Virus record (IMG/VR): IMGVR_UViG_3300038317_000262
Span: 1-38,840 of that record
Source of the DNA: a virus
Lineage: Duplodnaviria > Caudoviricetes
Length of the DNA: 38,840 nucleotides
Strand: one strand, 5' to 3'
The notes below the pieces were generated by a model. That model was not told the origin of the DNA. It saw only the letters and a list, made by a program, of their open reading frames with translations, and did no database searches. Below, one piece after another: positions 9,778 to 19,550 of the stretch (positions are counted from its first letter, which is position 1; every line of letters starts with the position of its first letter). The position numbers were made by a program, and so were the translations under genes.

Positions 9778-9944
9778 TCTTTTTTTGTCCGATTAATTCA
9801 TCGGGATTTAACAATTTATTTATTATCTCTTATTAATTAATTACTGTTTAAACTCGTTTTTTATAATTAACGAGTGTCTGTAGCGCTTCTTAAAGGAGCG
9901 TCTGGATTAATGCTGTCTATTGGCACTAATTGCTTTTCAATTAT

Positions 9945-10550
9945 CTATAATACTTTTACACCATTTCTATAAATTCCATCTCTTCTAACTTCCATTTGCC
10001 CAACTTCTATTTTTGTAGGTGTCACTCTTGAATACCATTCTACAACTGTGGGGTGATCGGTAGTACCACCATAAGAGTTGAATATGCTGACTTCATCACT
10101 TCTGATCTCAATTCGACTTGTCACAAATACAAAGGTGGTGCCGATATAAGTTGACCATTGGTGCGTAGCTGTCAAAATACCATTTAGCACTTCGAAATTG
10201 CCTATTTTTGCCCCATTTAAAGCTTCGAGATTACCTGTCTTTATATTAAGTGCCTGTATTTTCTCAGCTGTCACTAATGCAGCTTGAAGCCTTTCGATAT
10301 AAGCATCCTGCATATATAAGAACTCTGCACTTTCAAGCAGTCTCCACTGTGAAGCAATCCATGAGCCCTTTGTTGCTTGATCTACATTGAGAGCATATAC
10401 AGAATAACCCAATGCAGTACCGTCTTCTCTTTTAACAAAGGGTATGCCCGCCTCTGATATGTAGTAATCTGATGTATTGCTCCAATAGCCCATTGGAATG
10501 TAATTGGTTGACTTAGCCAGATCTATATTTACACGTGCAGTTACTCTCAT
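9945..10550 (-). CDS. Putative tail fibre/tip protein, 201 aa
   Basis: Tail cluster, ATGA coupling; coiled segment (IERLQAALVTAEKIQAL) then beta-rich C-terminus. Confidence 0.55.
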   Translation of the reverse strand: MRVTARVNIDLAKSTNYIPMGYWSNTSDYYISEAGIPFVKREDGTALGYSVYALNVDQATKGSWIASQWRLLESAEFLYMQDAYIERLQAALVTAEKIQALNIKTGNLEALNGAKIGNFEVLNGILTATHQWSTYIGTTFVFVTSRIEIRSDEVSIFNSYGGTTDHPTVVEWYSRVTPTKIEVGQMEVRRDGIYRNGVKVL

Positions 10551-11584
10551 ATTCTAACATTTACTGTACAAGATGCATCAACGTATATAGATTGATGTTC
10601 CGCAATTTTCAATCCTGGTATTGTTATAGATGTATTTGTAATTGTGAATTCAGAGCTTATATCAGTACTATCACTATTCTTGTATACTTTTATCACAAAT
10701 ACGGTACCTGCAACTGGTGTTCCTGTACGTGAATTTAACAGTGTGAAATTGTATGCAACATCGTCCCCGGATGCTTGGCGGGCAGTAGTTCCCTTATCGC
10801 AAATAATTGTATATGGGTCTGTGCTATCCCATACCTGACGCTGCTCTTGAGCAACGACAGTATTATTTACATAAGCGCGACAAACAACCATCAACTCACT
10901 ATCTATCATTGCTTTTGTAATAGAAAAAGTTGGTGTAGTGCCTTTTGAACGCAATACAGTACCGCCCTGATCTCTGAATTCAAACTCTACTCCAGTATTT
11001 ACCTGAGCACCTGAGTTGTATAGAGCTGCAGTCATTGTAAGTTGCGTTTCATCGCCATCAATGACATCATCAGCCATGTTCAAAAACAAACGATATAGGT
11101 TTGATGAAGCCTCTTCAACAAGCACAGTGATTTCAGCAGCAACATTTACTGTTTGTCCGCTTGCAAACACAGTGCCTGTAAACGTAATAGTATCACTATC
11201 GTTATTTGTGTCTGAAGCTATATTACCTATCAAGCGTAATGCTTTACTACCGTTGTAATCGATTTGCTTTATTTTACCTGCAGCTAAATCGGGAGCAGTT
11301 GCAACACCTTGAGTATCAAATGCCATTGCTACACCGTTATACTTCCAGGCAACGTTGGCTGGCACCAATACACTTGCCTGCATAACTGAGTAGACACGTG
11401 GATAAACAGCTGGTCTATCACTATCATTCATTGTAGCCCAATTGGGAGAGTGGTCCTGCGTGCCTTTTTTAAATGTCTGATAAAGAGGTGCTGTAGCATT
11501 AAGAGTTGTATTTAGGTTGTCTCCATTCTGCAACAGATTTATACTTATTCCTCCTGATACTTCTGTACTAGCCATATTATTCAA
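10547..11584 (-). CDS. Putative tail protein with Ig-like beta-sandwich domains, 345 aa
   Basis: Thr/Val/Asn-rich beta-type sequence, tail cluster. Confidence 0.55.
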   Translation of the reverse strand: MNNMASTEVSGGISINLLQNGDNLNTTLNATAPLYQTFKKGTQDHSPNWATMNDSDRPAVYPRVYSVMQASVLVPANVAWKYNGVAMAFDTQGVATAPDLAAGKIKQIDYNGSKALRLIGNIASDTNNDSDTITFTGTVFASGQTVNVAAEITVLVEEASSNLYRLFLNMADDVIDGDETQLTMTAALYNSGAQVNTGVEFEFRDQGGTVLRSKGTTPTFSITKAMIDSELMVVCRAYVNNTVVAQEQRQVWDSTDPYTIICDKGTTARQASGDDVAYNFTLLNSRTGTPVAGTVFVIKVYKNSDSTDISSEFTITNTSITIPGLKIAEHQSIYVDASCTVNVRI

Positions 11585-11954
11585 TTATTTCTGGTTCGGG
11601 TTCTGTAATGTCTGGATCTGTATCCGGTTCTGTTGAATCGGGATCTACTGCTTCTTCTACGGGTTCTTCCGGATCAGTAATTTCAGGATCTATTATTTCT
11701 TCTACAGGCTCCTCTACTGGCTCTTCAGGAGTAGTAGCTTCTGGATCTGTAGCCTCTGGTTCTGAAGAGTCAGGCTCAGAAGGTTCTACATACTCAACAC
11801 CTCCAAGCGCTGAAACCCTCTCTTCAATTGTTAGAGATATCATCCTTATATCTTTTTCACTTAAGAGGAGATCTTCTCCATCTTCTGTTCTTAATGTAGA
11901 ATCCAATCCTGCACGCACTGCGTGTTCTTTTTTTATTCTGTAATATTTTTCCAT
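11577..11954 (-). CDS. Hypothetical protein with acidic Glu/Pro/Asp low-complexity tail
   Basis: 125 aa; PEEPVEE and TDPE repeats; coupled to both neighbours. Confidence 0.75.
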   Translation of the reverse strand: MEKYYRIKKEHAVRAGLDSTLRTEDGEDLLLSEKDIRMISLTIEERVSALGGVEYVEPSEPDSSEPEATDPEATTPEEPVEEPVEEIIDPEITDPEEPVEEAVDPDSTEPDTDPDITEPEPEIIE

Positions 11955-13039
11955 TATGCTCCGTATGTTTCAACAGTTAATACATTATCTAAATCATCTG
12001 TAAGAAGTGCCTCTTCACCTGCATCATCAACAGTTACAGCAGCAAAAGCTTCTCTACGCTTTAAATCAGGGTATATCTGCAAATCAACTGCAGTTAAATC
12101 AATAGAAGATACCGGTATCTTTACAGATGCTCCAGTCGCCACTTCTCTCTCAACCCCATTCTCGCTTATTATCCAATTAACCAGGAATGCAGCATCAACA
12201 TCAACGTTTCCTAAAGTGTCTGTTATTATGACCGAGCAGTTGAGTTCTGTTGTCCCTGGCATTATTGGTAATTCAGGTATCCTTACTTCAGTTCTGAAGG
12301 AGTTGAATTTACGAATGAATGTAACCGTATCTGAAGCAATCAATTCTTCACCTTTCCAAGCCTCACATTTGATTTGTTCGTGATCTATATAGGTTTTATC
12401 GACTGTCAATGTTCTGCCATCTGCAGAAACAACATCGCCGTATAATTCATTTTCAATTGCATCTAAGCCAGCTGAGTTGAGCCATTTGAATATTATGCCT
12501 GTAAAATCTGTTACCTCTGTATTCCCTTTCTTGAGAGTAGCAGTAACAGTTGTAGTAGTGTTAGGATTTCTGTATGCATCGAAATATACAGCACCTCTTT
12601 GAGAAAGATTTAGTATATATTGAGGCTCTGCCTTCAACAACGTTCTGAGCGTTACACTGTCTTCACGCTCGTAAACTTTGTCGTTGCGGGGATCTACAAA
12701 CTTCGTGATAGCCTTAACAACTACAGATGTACCTGAAGTAATGTTTTTTGTAACTTTTACAGCATCGGTACCAATCAGTTCGTAACCCGAAGTGGATGCT
12801 GTTATCAGTTCGCCATTCTCGTAAAAAAGAGTTGTAGGTGCAATTGTAATTTCACCATCAGGATTTAAAACTAAAACTATATGTTTTAAGAGCACAGGAG
12901 AAGCCGGTACTCCTTCACGATTTGGCGTATAGCTTACTCCATCAAAAAATTGAACAGCTGAGCCACCTGTTAACTGTAGTGTGCCTGACACCTGCAACGG
13001 TGTAAATTCTACTTGTATTTTATTTCCTGATAATCTCAT
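11954..13039 (-). CDS. Putative tail protein with Ig-like domains, 361 aa
   Basis: FKW...C spacing typical of Ig-like folds; tail cluster. Confidence 0.55.
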   Translation of the reverse strand: MRLSGNKIQVEFTPLQVSGTLQLTGGSAVQFFDGVSYTPNREGVPASPVLLKHIVLVLNPDGEITIAPTTLFYENGELITASTSGYELIGTDAVKVTKNITSGTSVVVKAITKFVDPRNDKVYEREDSVTLRTLLKAEPQYILNLSQRGAVYFDAYRNPNTTTTVTATLKKGNTEVTDFTGIIFKWLNSAGLDAIENELYGDVVSADGRTLTVDKTYIDHEQIKCEAWKGEELIASDTVTFIRKFNSFRTEVRIPELPIMPGTTELNCSVIITDTLGNVDVDAAFLVNWIISENGVEREVATGASVKIPVSSIDLTAVDLQIYPDLKRREAFAAVTVDDAGEEALLTDDLDNVLTVETYGA

Positions 13040-14421
13040 ACTTCTAGATAATTTGAAATTGTGTTTATACTTGAAGCAGGGTAAGTGGCCGTGCAGATGA
13101 ATCTTACAGGATTAGTTTTAGTCCAGTTTACCCCCATATCTGCACTTGTTAATTCTAACAATCTACCGGTACCCTTTTCAATATTCCAGATAGTATCGGC
13201 TGTTTGATCTCCGCTCTCACGTGTCCAGCGCCACTGCTCATCAACAATGTCTATACTTACATTTGTATTACCTAGAAAAACAATTGGGGTGATAGTTGTC
13301 TTTACGCTGCCTGCGAAGAAAGCGTAACCATTACTGCTGTCGAATTCTATTCTGGCATCAGATCTGCCCTCTATCATGTACCAAGCGGACGACGTCCAGG
13401 ATGGCTCCTCAGTCGTGCTCTCGGAAAAGCACCGCCAGCGGCATCCATGGTGCCAAACGTCATCAGTCCCGTTCTCATCATTGTTATAATATATCACACC
13501 AGCTTGCCATGGTCCCCTGTCATTGATTTCCCGGACAGGTACCCCCTGGTAATCTACCCTAATGATATCTTCAACCACCAATCCGGCTGCATAAATGTAA
13601 GGTATATCAGGCTTTGTAGGCAGATCTCCATACTTGCTTTTAAAGGATTGTGCGATATCGAATGAACCTACTATTGTCCCATTCAAAAACGTGGTGCAGC
13701 CATCCCAGATTTGCATGCCACCGGCATCAGAAGAGAGCACGACGAATCGCTGGCGCTCGCGGTGATCCTCTCCACTGTAACCACATCGTGCTACCCGCAT
13801 GAATGGTTGGGGTGGCATGTTATACGGAGTTGGTATGTCAGTATCGAGAGCAAGTGTTGCCTTGATAAATGTCTGCGCAACCTCGGTAACGATCATGTAT
13901 GATGTGGAAAATCCACCGCTGTGCCTGAAGATTCCTCGAATCAAATCACCGGCAATAAACATGATGCCTTCACCTTCTTCCAATTTCATGTTTAGCTGAT
14001 AGACACGATCGGCCAGCTGCTCAACAGATGCAATAAGGCCGGTATCCCCAAGGATTGTCTCCTTGCCGATATAGGTCAAGAGGTTGCTTCGGATCTCCGG
14101 GACGTCCAGGAATGCCCGAAGTAACAGGGATGTCGCCTCTATATTGCCATGCTTATCAATCCTTGCCCCTTTGCCTGCAAACATACCGGCAACAAATTCC
14201 CCAAATTCAGCACCTGCAAGAAGTCTGATATACCCTAATGCAGAATCATCATTAAGGCGTGATAAATATTTTTCGTCAGTATTACCCTGTTTTCGGAGAA
14301 TTTCAGCAACTTTCTTTCCTAATAGACCAACTCTGACATTTGTATTATGCCCAATTTTAGTCTCATTGGAAATTAAATCGCTATGCTGTTCAAGAGCAAT
14401 TAAAAGTTCCTCAAAAGTCAT
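13036..14421 (-). CDS. Putative tail fibre protein (~461 aa from ATG 14421)
   Basis: DRGPWQAG...VWHHGCRWRC...EEPSW carbohydrate-binding-like module; WRWTRESG Ig-like end. Confidence 0.65.
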   Translation of the reverse strand: MTFEELLIALEQHSDLISNETKIGHNTNVRVGLLGKKVAEILRKQGNTDEKYLSRLNDDSALGYIRLLAGAEFGEFVAGMFAGKGARIDKHGNIEATSLLLRAFLDVPEIRSNLLTYIGKETILGDTGLIASVEQLADRVYQLNMKLEEGEGIMFIAGDLIRGIFRHSGGFSTSYMIVTEVAQTFIKATLALDTDIPTPYNMPPQPFMRVARCGYSGEDHRERQRFVVLSSDAGGMQIWDGCTTFLNGTIVGSFDIAQSFKSKYGDLPTKPDIPYIYAAGLVVEDIIRVDYQGVPVREINDRGPWQAGVIYYNNDENGTDDVWHHGCRWRCFSESTTEEPSWTSSAWYMIEGRSDARIEFDSSNGYAFFAGSVKTTITPIVFLGNTNVSIDIVDEQWRWTRESGDQTADTIWNIEKGTGRLLELTSADMGVNWTKTNPVRFICTATYPASSINTISNYLEV

Positions 14422-14439
14422 TCTTCTTTTATTTTTTAT

Positions 14440-14474
14440 CAAAAATAGAAACTGATCAACTATCTAAAAAAGAC
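14440..14474 (-). promoter_or_regulatory. Putative phage late promoter 2 (tail fibre/DGR target operon)
   Basis: GTCTTTT-N20-TATTTTTG. Confidence 0.72.
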
Positions 14475-14477
14475 AAT

Positions 14478-14509
14478 AAAAAAAGCGGTGTGCATCACTG
14501 CAGACCGCT
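14478..14509 (-). terminator. Rho-independent terminator
   Basis: AGCGGTCTGCA-GTGA-TGCACACCGCT followed by a U-run on -. Confidence 0.8.
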
Positions 14510-14545
14510 CAAATCATTCAATACGTACAAATTTAAAAAGAAGGT

Positions 14546-14983
14546 TTATTTTTCCGTGCTGCGTAAAATATAAGAAATACTCCTCAGATAATCCTGTCCT
14601 GTGAGTTCCACCATCGTTTCTTGTAATCTTCGCTGACTATACCAATATTTTTTTGCTCGCCATGGCTTCGGAGTCCTGTTTGGATTTGAAACCCTGTTTT
14701 GACCACCGCTCTCTTTTGTTCCAGGGAAAACGCCACCATCTAAATACATTCCGTAATGCTCAAACATGTGTGAGATCTTCGCTGTATTTCCACCTGCCTG
14801 TCTCATTAACGAAACAGTAAAACTTCTACGAAGTGCACCGGAAGAATATCGTGGTGATCCATCAGGTTTCTCTGATACACCTACCATTTCAGCATTCATT
14901 CTTTCTATCCAGTACTCAACCATAAGCTCAGACCAGTTATCAAGATATTGCTCACGCTGTATGTCTATTTGTCCGTCAGCCAT
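14546..14983 (-). CDS. Putative neck/tail-completion protein, 145 aa
   Basis: SGALRRSF, YGMYLDGG and RTPKPW motifs resemble HK97 gp10-like proteins; synteny. Confidence 0.55.
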   Translation of the reverse strand: MADGQIDIQREQYLDNWSELMVEYWIERMNAEMVGVSEKPDGSPRYSSGALRRSFTVSLMRQAGGNTAKISHMFEHYGMYLDGGVFPGTKESGGQNRVSNPNRTPKPWRAKKYWYSQRRLQETMVELTGQDYLRSISYILRSTEK

Positions 14984-15465
14984 TCTTCACTCTTGTAAGA
15001 TAGGTCAGTTGGAATATTTATTGGAACATGAAAAAAGAGGCCTGTACAATCATTGGCGAATATACCTGGTATTTCGTTATAGGGTATCTTGTCAGTTACC
15101 AGATATATCATACTTTGCTGAAGTTTCGATTTATCTTTTAGAAGCTTTTTAAGCACGTTGTTATAAATCTGTTTGCACTCTGCCAATGCTGCAATTTTCG
15201 AATTCATATCATTCAACCGATACTGTTTTAATATATATATAACAACAGATCGCCTATCCATGTAACCCCCACCGGATTGGAATGTATAACCATCTTCACT
15301 GTCATCGACTGCAAAAAAAGCTTTATGAAACCTGAAGTTATCGAGAACCTCTTCCATGTTTTGCATTGAAGTAATTCTGCTGTAAGTATAATTACCCTCA
15401 ACAGTCAGTTTCATCTTGTCACGAATTTCCTTCTCAAAATATAAATGTGCGTCAAATTGTATCAT
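14965..15465 (-). CDS. Putative tail terminator/neck protein, 166 aa
   Basis: Size, acidity and position in the head-tail cluster. Confidence 0.45.
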   Translation of the reverse strand: MIQFDAHLYFEKEIRDKMKLTVEGNYTYSRITSMQNMEEVLDNFRFHKAFFAVDDSEDGYTFQSGGGYMDRRSVVIYILKQYRLNDMNSKIAALAECKQIYNNVLKKLLKDKSKLQQSMIYLVTDKIPYNEIPGIFANDCTGLFFHVPINIPTDLSYKSEEWLTDK

Positions 15466-16235
15466 TTTTTCATTTTGCTTTTCATTACATTATATTCATG
15501 CGCTTTAGCATCGAGCTCTGCGAGTGCTGCCCAGGTCTCAACAGAATAGATCTTTTCAATCTTAGTAACGTCACCATCGCTCAAGGCTCTCATCATTTGC
15601 TCAATTTGTTTTCTCATATTCGGAGGAGTGGGTGTATCACCTTCTCCGGTCTCCATCTCCACAAAATAGTTTGGAAAATTCTTTTTCAGAACTTTTTTGA
15701 GTCCGCTGAACCATAAGAAAGTTGTATAACGTACATGAAATGGAAGTTTTGCAAATTTCTTAGATCTCTTTTCAGTCAGCGAATCGTTAAACTCACCTTT
15801 TAAATAGAAGCTGGCACAAAGCATATCCAAGAAAACGGGGTTTTTCTTGAAAATAAACGCCTGGTAATAATTGTCACATGCCAGATATTGAGATAATGGA
15901 GCATTTCTTAATCTGACATCTGATCTCGCTGCACCGCCCATTTTGCTAAGTGGTATTATTTCATCAATCCCGGAAGTCAAAAATTTAAATTGTTTTGAAA
16001 ATGAAAGCACTTCTTGAGGTTCCAATAAGAAAAGGTTTTTTCCGTTCTTAAATATGACTCCTGCATCATCCTGATTTTTTAATTTAATATTTGAGAACCT
16101 TACAAATGCATAGGTCCATATTTCTTCAGCAGTAAGGTTGCCTGTAGATAAGAGCCAGGAAGCATATAATAGCTGCTTTTCATTTAACTCAATCCAACTC
16201 TTTGGTGCTGTCAGTTCTATTGTTTTTTCAATCAT
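15462..16235 (-). CDS. Phage protein, possible tail assembly chaperone, 257 aa
   Basis: ATGA-coupled; N-terminal PKSWIEL, C-terminal ALSDGDVTKIEKI. Confidence 0.45.
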   Translation of the reverse strand: MIEKTIELTAPKSWIELNEKQLLYASWLLSTGNLTAEEIWTYAFVRFSNIKLKNQDDAGVIFKNGKNLFLLEPQEVLSFSKQFKFLTSGIDEIIPLSKMGGAARSDVRLRNAPLSQYLACDNYYQAFIFKKNPVFLDMLCASFYLKGEFNDSLTEKRSKKFAKLPFHVRYTTFLWFSGLKKVLKKNFPNYFVEMETGEGDTPTPPNMRKQIEQMMRALSDGDVTKIEKIYSVETWAALAELDAKAHEYNVMKSKMKK

Positions 16236-17113
16236 AAGAAAAAATAAGTTGCATCATCCTGTTGATTCTGATACCTCTCTGAAATTTTAATTTTATACTC
16301 TTCGCTTTCTTTATACGAAGGAAAACTATCAATATTAGTCACCATACGATTGACAATATATTTTAGCTGCTCTTCGGCCTTGAAAGAATTATTGCGAATA
16401 TAAAGAGCGACAATTATTTTCAGATTGTCTATCAATTTACGTTCTTCACCAGTCAAAGTTCCGAGTCTGCGTTTATTTATCAGATCATCAAGATAAACCC
16501 TGCTTATGTATGATGAGATCTCCTGGTACTGAAATCCCGTAATCATACTTCTCATTCTCTGCAGATCCTTGTATGGTATGTTGTGTTTAATCGCATCAGC
16601 AACATTTGCAACTGATTCAACACTGTCACCGCAATATTGTAGAAATTCAATTCCGCTCCAATATATTAAATCAGTAAGGTTTTCAAATCGTGAAGACAAT
16701 CTCCATTTGTCCAGGTAATTAGTTTTTGCTTCAATACAGACTATTAAATTATCTACATGAAAGTAAAGTCTTTCCTGAACGTGTTTCAACAATCGCTCAA
16801 CTCTCTCCTTACTTGCCGGTGCCTGGTTAGAATTATTTACAACCGCAAATCCGTTCGAAGTCTGAATTACATCAAGAAAAGGGATCGCAGTTGAATAAGC
16901 CTTCAAACATATTATTGAATCCACTACTTTTTTTGCTTCCGAATTAGCATCTTCAGCTTCGATATCCGATAAAAGATCCCTTCCAAAGAATTCCTGCTCA
17001 GTCCAGATTTTAGCTTCCTCGATAAAAGGAGCTATGTCTTCAAAATGAGTCCCTCTTGCGGTTGGAATATATTTTACAAAATCATCAATATTAGCTATCA
17101 TATCAAAATTCAT
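16232..17113 (-). CDS. Putative head-tail adaptor protein, 293 aa
   Basis: Helical protein in the portal operon. Confidence 0.45.
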   Translation of the reverse strand: MNFDMIANIDDFVKYIPTARGTHFEDIAPFIEEAKIWTEQEFFGRDLLSDIEAEDANSEAKKVVDSIICLKAYSTAIPFLDVIQTSNGFAVVNNSNQAPASKERVERLLKHVQERLYFHVDNLIVCIEAKTNYLDKWRLSSRFENLTDLIYWSGIEFLQYCGDSVESVANVADAIKHNIPYKDLQRMRSMITGFQYQEISSYISRVYLDDLINKRRLGTLTGEERKLIDNLKIIVALYIRNNSFKAEEQLKYIVNRMVTNIDSFPSYKESEEYKIKISERYQNQQDDATYFFL

Positions 17114-17501
17114 TTTTCACATTAAAGCTAGGACACGCTTTTGCAGCGAATTCATTATGCCCGTGAACTGTTGCTCCCGGATATTTATTCTGCAGTTCTG
17201 CAACTAATTCTTTGAGAGCAATTCGCTGTTCCGGAGTTCTCGTATCTTTAGGCTGAAATTTATTGTCCACGCCTCCGATATAGCAGATACCAATACTCTT
17301 AGCATTGTGTCCAACTGTATGAGCACCTGCTTTCAACTCATTCCTGCCCTTGTGAATTGTGCCATTTAGATATATCACGTAATGATATCCAATTTCAGAA
17401 AATTTTCTTTCTCTGTGCCATCTGTCGATATCTCTCACTGATACTTGTCTGCCCTCAGGAGTGGCAGAGCAATGAATTATTATTTTATTTATCTCTCTCA
17501 T
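17103..17501 (-). CDS. Endolysin, T7-lysozyme-like N-acetylmuramoyl-L-alanine amidase
   Basis: IIIHCSAT, IGYHY, GAH, SIGICYIGG, GHNEF, KACPSF zinc-amidase motifs. Confidence 0.95.
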   Translation of the reverse strand: MREINKIIIHCSATPEGRQVSVRDIDRWHRERKFSEIGYHYVIYLNGTIHKGRNELKAGAHTVGHNAKSIGICYIGGVDNKFQPKDTRTPEQRIALKELVAELQNKYPGATVHGHNEFAAKACPSFNVKNEF

Positions 17502-17817
17502 AGTCTATAGGTATATTTATTCGCGGTCTTTTTTTGCGTAATGCACAATCTACCACAATACATTCGTAACTTTTCAATTCTTCAATATCATGAGTGTTTT
17601 GATCAACTATCTTTTTCAATTCACTCATTTCACTCTTCAGAATCACCTTGTCTTCTCTCAAATCTTTAATTGTTTCCTGATATACTCCCTGCCATTCTTT
17701 CATTGCAGAAGCTTCAGCGCTTTTCTTTGCATACTTGGCAGTACCCAATGTCAGTAGTCCGCCACCGGCTATGAATGTAAACATAGCCTCCCAGTTCTGT
17801 TGTAAAAAATCAATCAT
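17485..17817 (-). CDS. Putative holin-like membrane protein (110 aa from ATG 17817)
   Basis: N-terminal hydrophobic segment plus coiled coil, directly upstream of the amidase; start overlaps the portal stop. Confidence 0.55.
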   Translation of the reverse strand: MIDFLQQNWEAMFTFIAGGGLLTLGTAKYAKKSAEASAMKEWQGVYQETIKDLREDKVILKSEMSELKKIVDQNTHDIEELKSYECIVVDCALRKKRPRINIPIDYERDK

Positions 17818-19189
17818 GCTGATCAGTACCGTCATCTCTAAGTGTATTTTCAGTTGCATCTTTTCCCTTATCAAGCGTTGTAAGGGTTACCACGGGAATA
17901 TCATACTTGAAATCATCCCAACCGTTATATTTTTTGATTATGAATAATGGTTCAAGCATTATATCCTGATACGCTTTCTCAAGCGATTGTTTCATTGTAA
18001 ACAACTCTCTTTGCACACTTCCTGAAAAACTTCCTTTACCTTTACCCGGAGCTGCCCCAACCATAGATGGGTGAATGTTGTCGGCATAACAAATCATATT
18101 TGACGCTTCTTCTGAATCTTCAATCCAATCGCCTCCCTCTTTGCCGGCATCAACATTATTAATTCTTACATAAGCAGTCTCCTTTCCATTTGGATCAACA
18201 TAAAAGCCGGAGATCCACATTTTACCACTGTTTTCAATCCCGGTTAAAAACTTTTTTATATTCTCTTTCTCTTTGTTACAGCGTTCAATTCTGAGTTTTG
18301 GATCAGTGATTCCCTCTTGATTACACAGGTCGTCCCAAAACAAACGGTTAATCTCAACATGATATTTAAATGAAGATCCGTTCTTCATTTTAGCTTTTTT
18401 AGCCTTAGGAATTAGGCGTTTGATATCAAACCATCCGCTTAAAAACATACTGTACCAGTAAGCAAATGGATAGTAACCAGTGCCTGGGGTTGGAAACATG
18501 TTCACAACAGCAAACTTTCTTGTTTCTGTTGGTGTTTGCACCTTCCCTTCATCATTAGGAGTCTTACCCATTCGCACCATAAGATCATAATAAGGGTTAT
18601 TCATATCAAGCAATTCGATCACTTCGATATCTTTTTCCTTTGGCTCATCACTCCAGTTTGCATAAAATATGTGATCAATCTTTCCTGTTTTAGGGTTAGT
18701 TTGTTCAAAACGAGTATGAGCGGCTTCTTTATGTCTTAAGCGAACAATATTTTTGCCGTCGTTTGATAAAATGATAACTGATACAGAAAAAAAGAAGTAT
18801 TTCATATCAGTTACCTGTTCAAGATGATATTTTGACAATCGGTTAAAATCGAAGAATTCAATAATCTTAGAATCTGTTATTTCGTCACCATTATTTTTCA
18901 TGATTTTAATTCCACTTCCATATCCAACCAGAGTGTTGAATAATTTATTCTGAGAAAGAACCTCATCATGTCTTGCACTGGCAATGATAGAATAGGGCAG
19001 AGTGTTACTTTCACCCCATGGCATATAACCTCTATATTTATTCTTTTTGTCACCTGGTATCACAACCGGTGCTTTCCCCATCTCATCAAACAACTCTGAA
19101 CTCTCGCTTTGTTCTGTCAACAGAGCAGATACATCATTAGATATATCCATTGTTTCAAACCCGCTAAAATACTTTACTTTATCTTCCAT
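17810..19189 (-). CDS. Putative portal protein, 459 aa
   Basis: Size; PWGESNTLP, LTGIENSGK, IHPSMVG and SGSVQRE segments; leads into head-tail genes. Confidence 0.75.
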   Translation of the reverse strand: MEDKVKYFSGFETMDISNDVSALLTEQSESSELFDEMGKAPVVIPGDKKNKYRGYMPWGESNTLPYSIIASARHDEVLSQNKLFNTLVGYGSGIKIMKNNGDEITDSKIIEFFDFNRLSKYHLEQVTDMKYFFFSVSVIILSNDGKNIVRLRHKEAAHTRFEQTNPKTGKIDHIFYANWSDEPKEKDIEVIELLDMNNPYYDLMVRMGKTPNDEGKVQTPTETRKFAVVNMFPTPGTGYYPFAYWYSMFLSGWFDIKRLIPKAKKAKMKNGSSFKYHVEINRLFWDDLCNQEGITDPKLRIERCNKEKENIKKFLTGIENSGKMWISGFYVDPNGKETAYVRINNVDAGKEGGDWIEDSEEASNMICYADNIHPSMVGAAPGKGKGSFSGSVQRELFTMKQSLEKAYQDIMLEPLFIIKKYNGWDDFKYDIPVVTLTTLDKGKDATENTLRDDGTDQHD

Positions 19190-19422
19190 TACATAAAAAC
19201 TTCCATTCCGTTAATTTCAAATATTGCCACCATTCGCACTTTCCGAAATTGATTAGACGTTAAAAACTTTAAGTTCACAGTATTGCCTTTGAAGTGAGAG
19301 CTGGTACAAATAACATTGTTTGCATGAACAATGGTGCCATCCCTTTTCCAAAACTTCAGGTCCAGTGCATCACCGCTTCGTAGCATCTCACGTGCTGTAT
19401 TAATATGTATCGCTGCCGCCAT
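19189..19422 (-). CDS. Small phage protein, 77 aa
   Basis: First gene after promoter 3; TAATG coupling to the portal. Confidence 0.75.
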   Translation of the reverse strand: MAAAIHINTAREMLRSGDALDLKFWKRDGTIVHANNVICTSSHFKGNTVNLKFLTSNQFRKVRMVAIFEINGMEVFM

Positions 19423-19438
19423 ATTTAATTTCTTTACT

Positions 19439-19473
19439 CAAAAATATAAATAGAGATAACAGTTAAAAAAGAC
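19439..19473 (-). promoter_or_regulatory. Putative phage late promoter 3 (portal/lysis/neck operon)
   Basis: GTCTTTT-N20-TATTTTTG. Confidence 0.72.
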
Positions 19474-19476
19474 AAC

Positions 19477-19506
19477 AAAAAACGGCCTGCATCACTGCAG
19501 ACCGTT
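19477..19506 (-). terminator. Rho-independent terminator
   Basis: AACGGTCTGCA-GTGA-TGCAGGCCGTT followed by a U-run. Confidence 0.8.
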
Positions 19507-19550
19507 CCTTAGGTTAATCATAAAAAGTCAAAGTCTCAAAAAATCAATCA

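Noticed and set aside
9867-9947. 25 open codons after the TAG of the 201-aa gene (possible stop recoding)
   Set aside because: Other TAG stops (terL, XRE) fall at sensible protein ends and genes are not fragmented under the standard code
9945-14421. Second DGR target among the tail genes
   Set aside because: No further VR-like sequence or RPVSA-type C-terminus seen by eye; remote targets outside the window are not excluded
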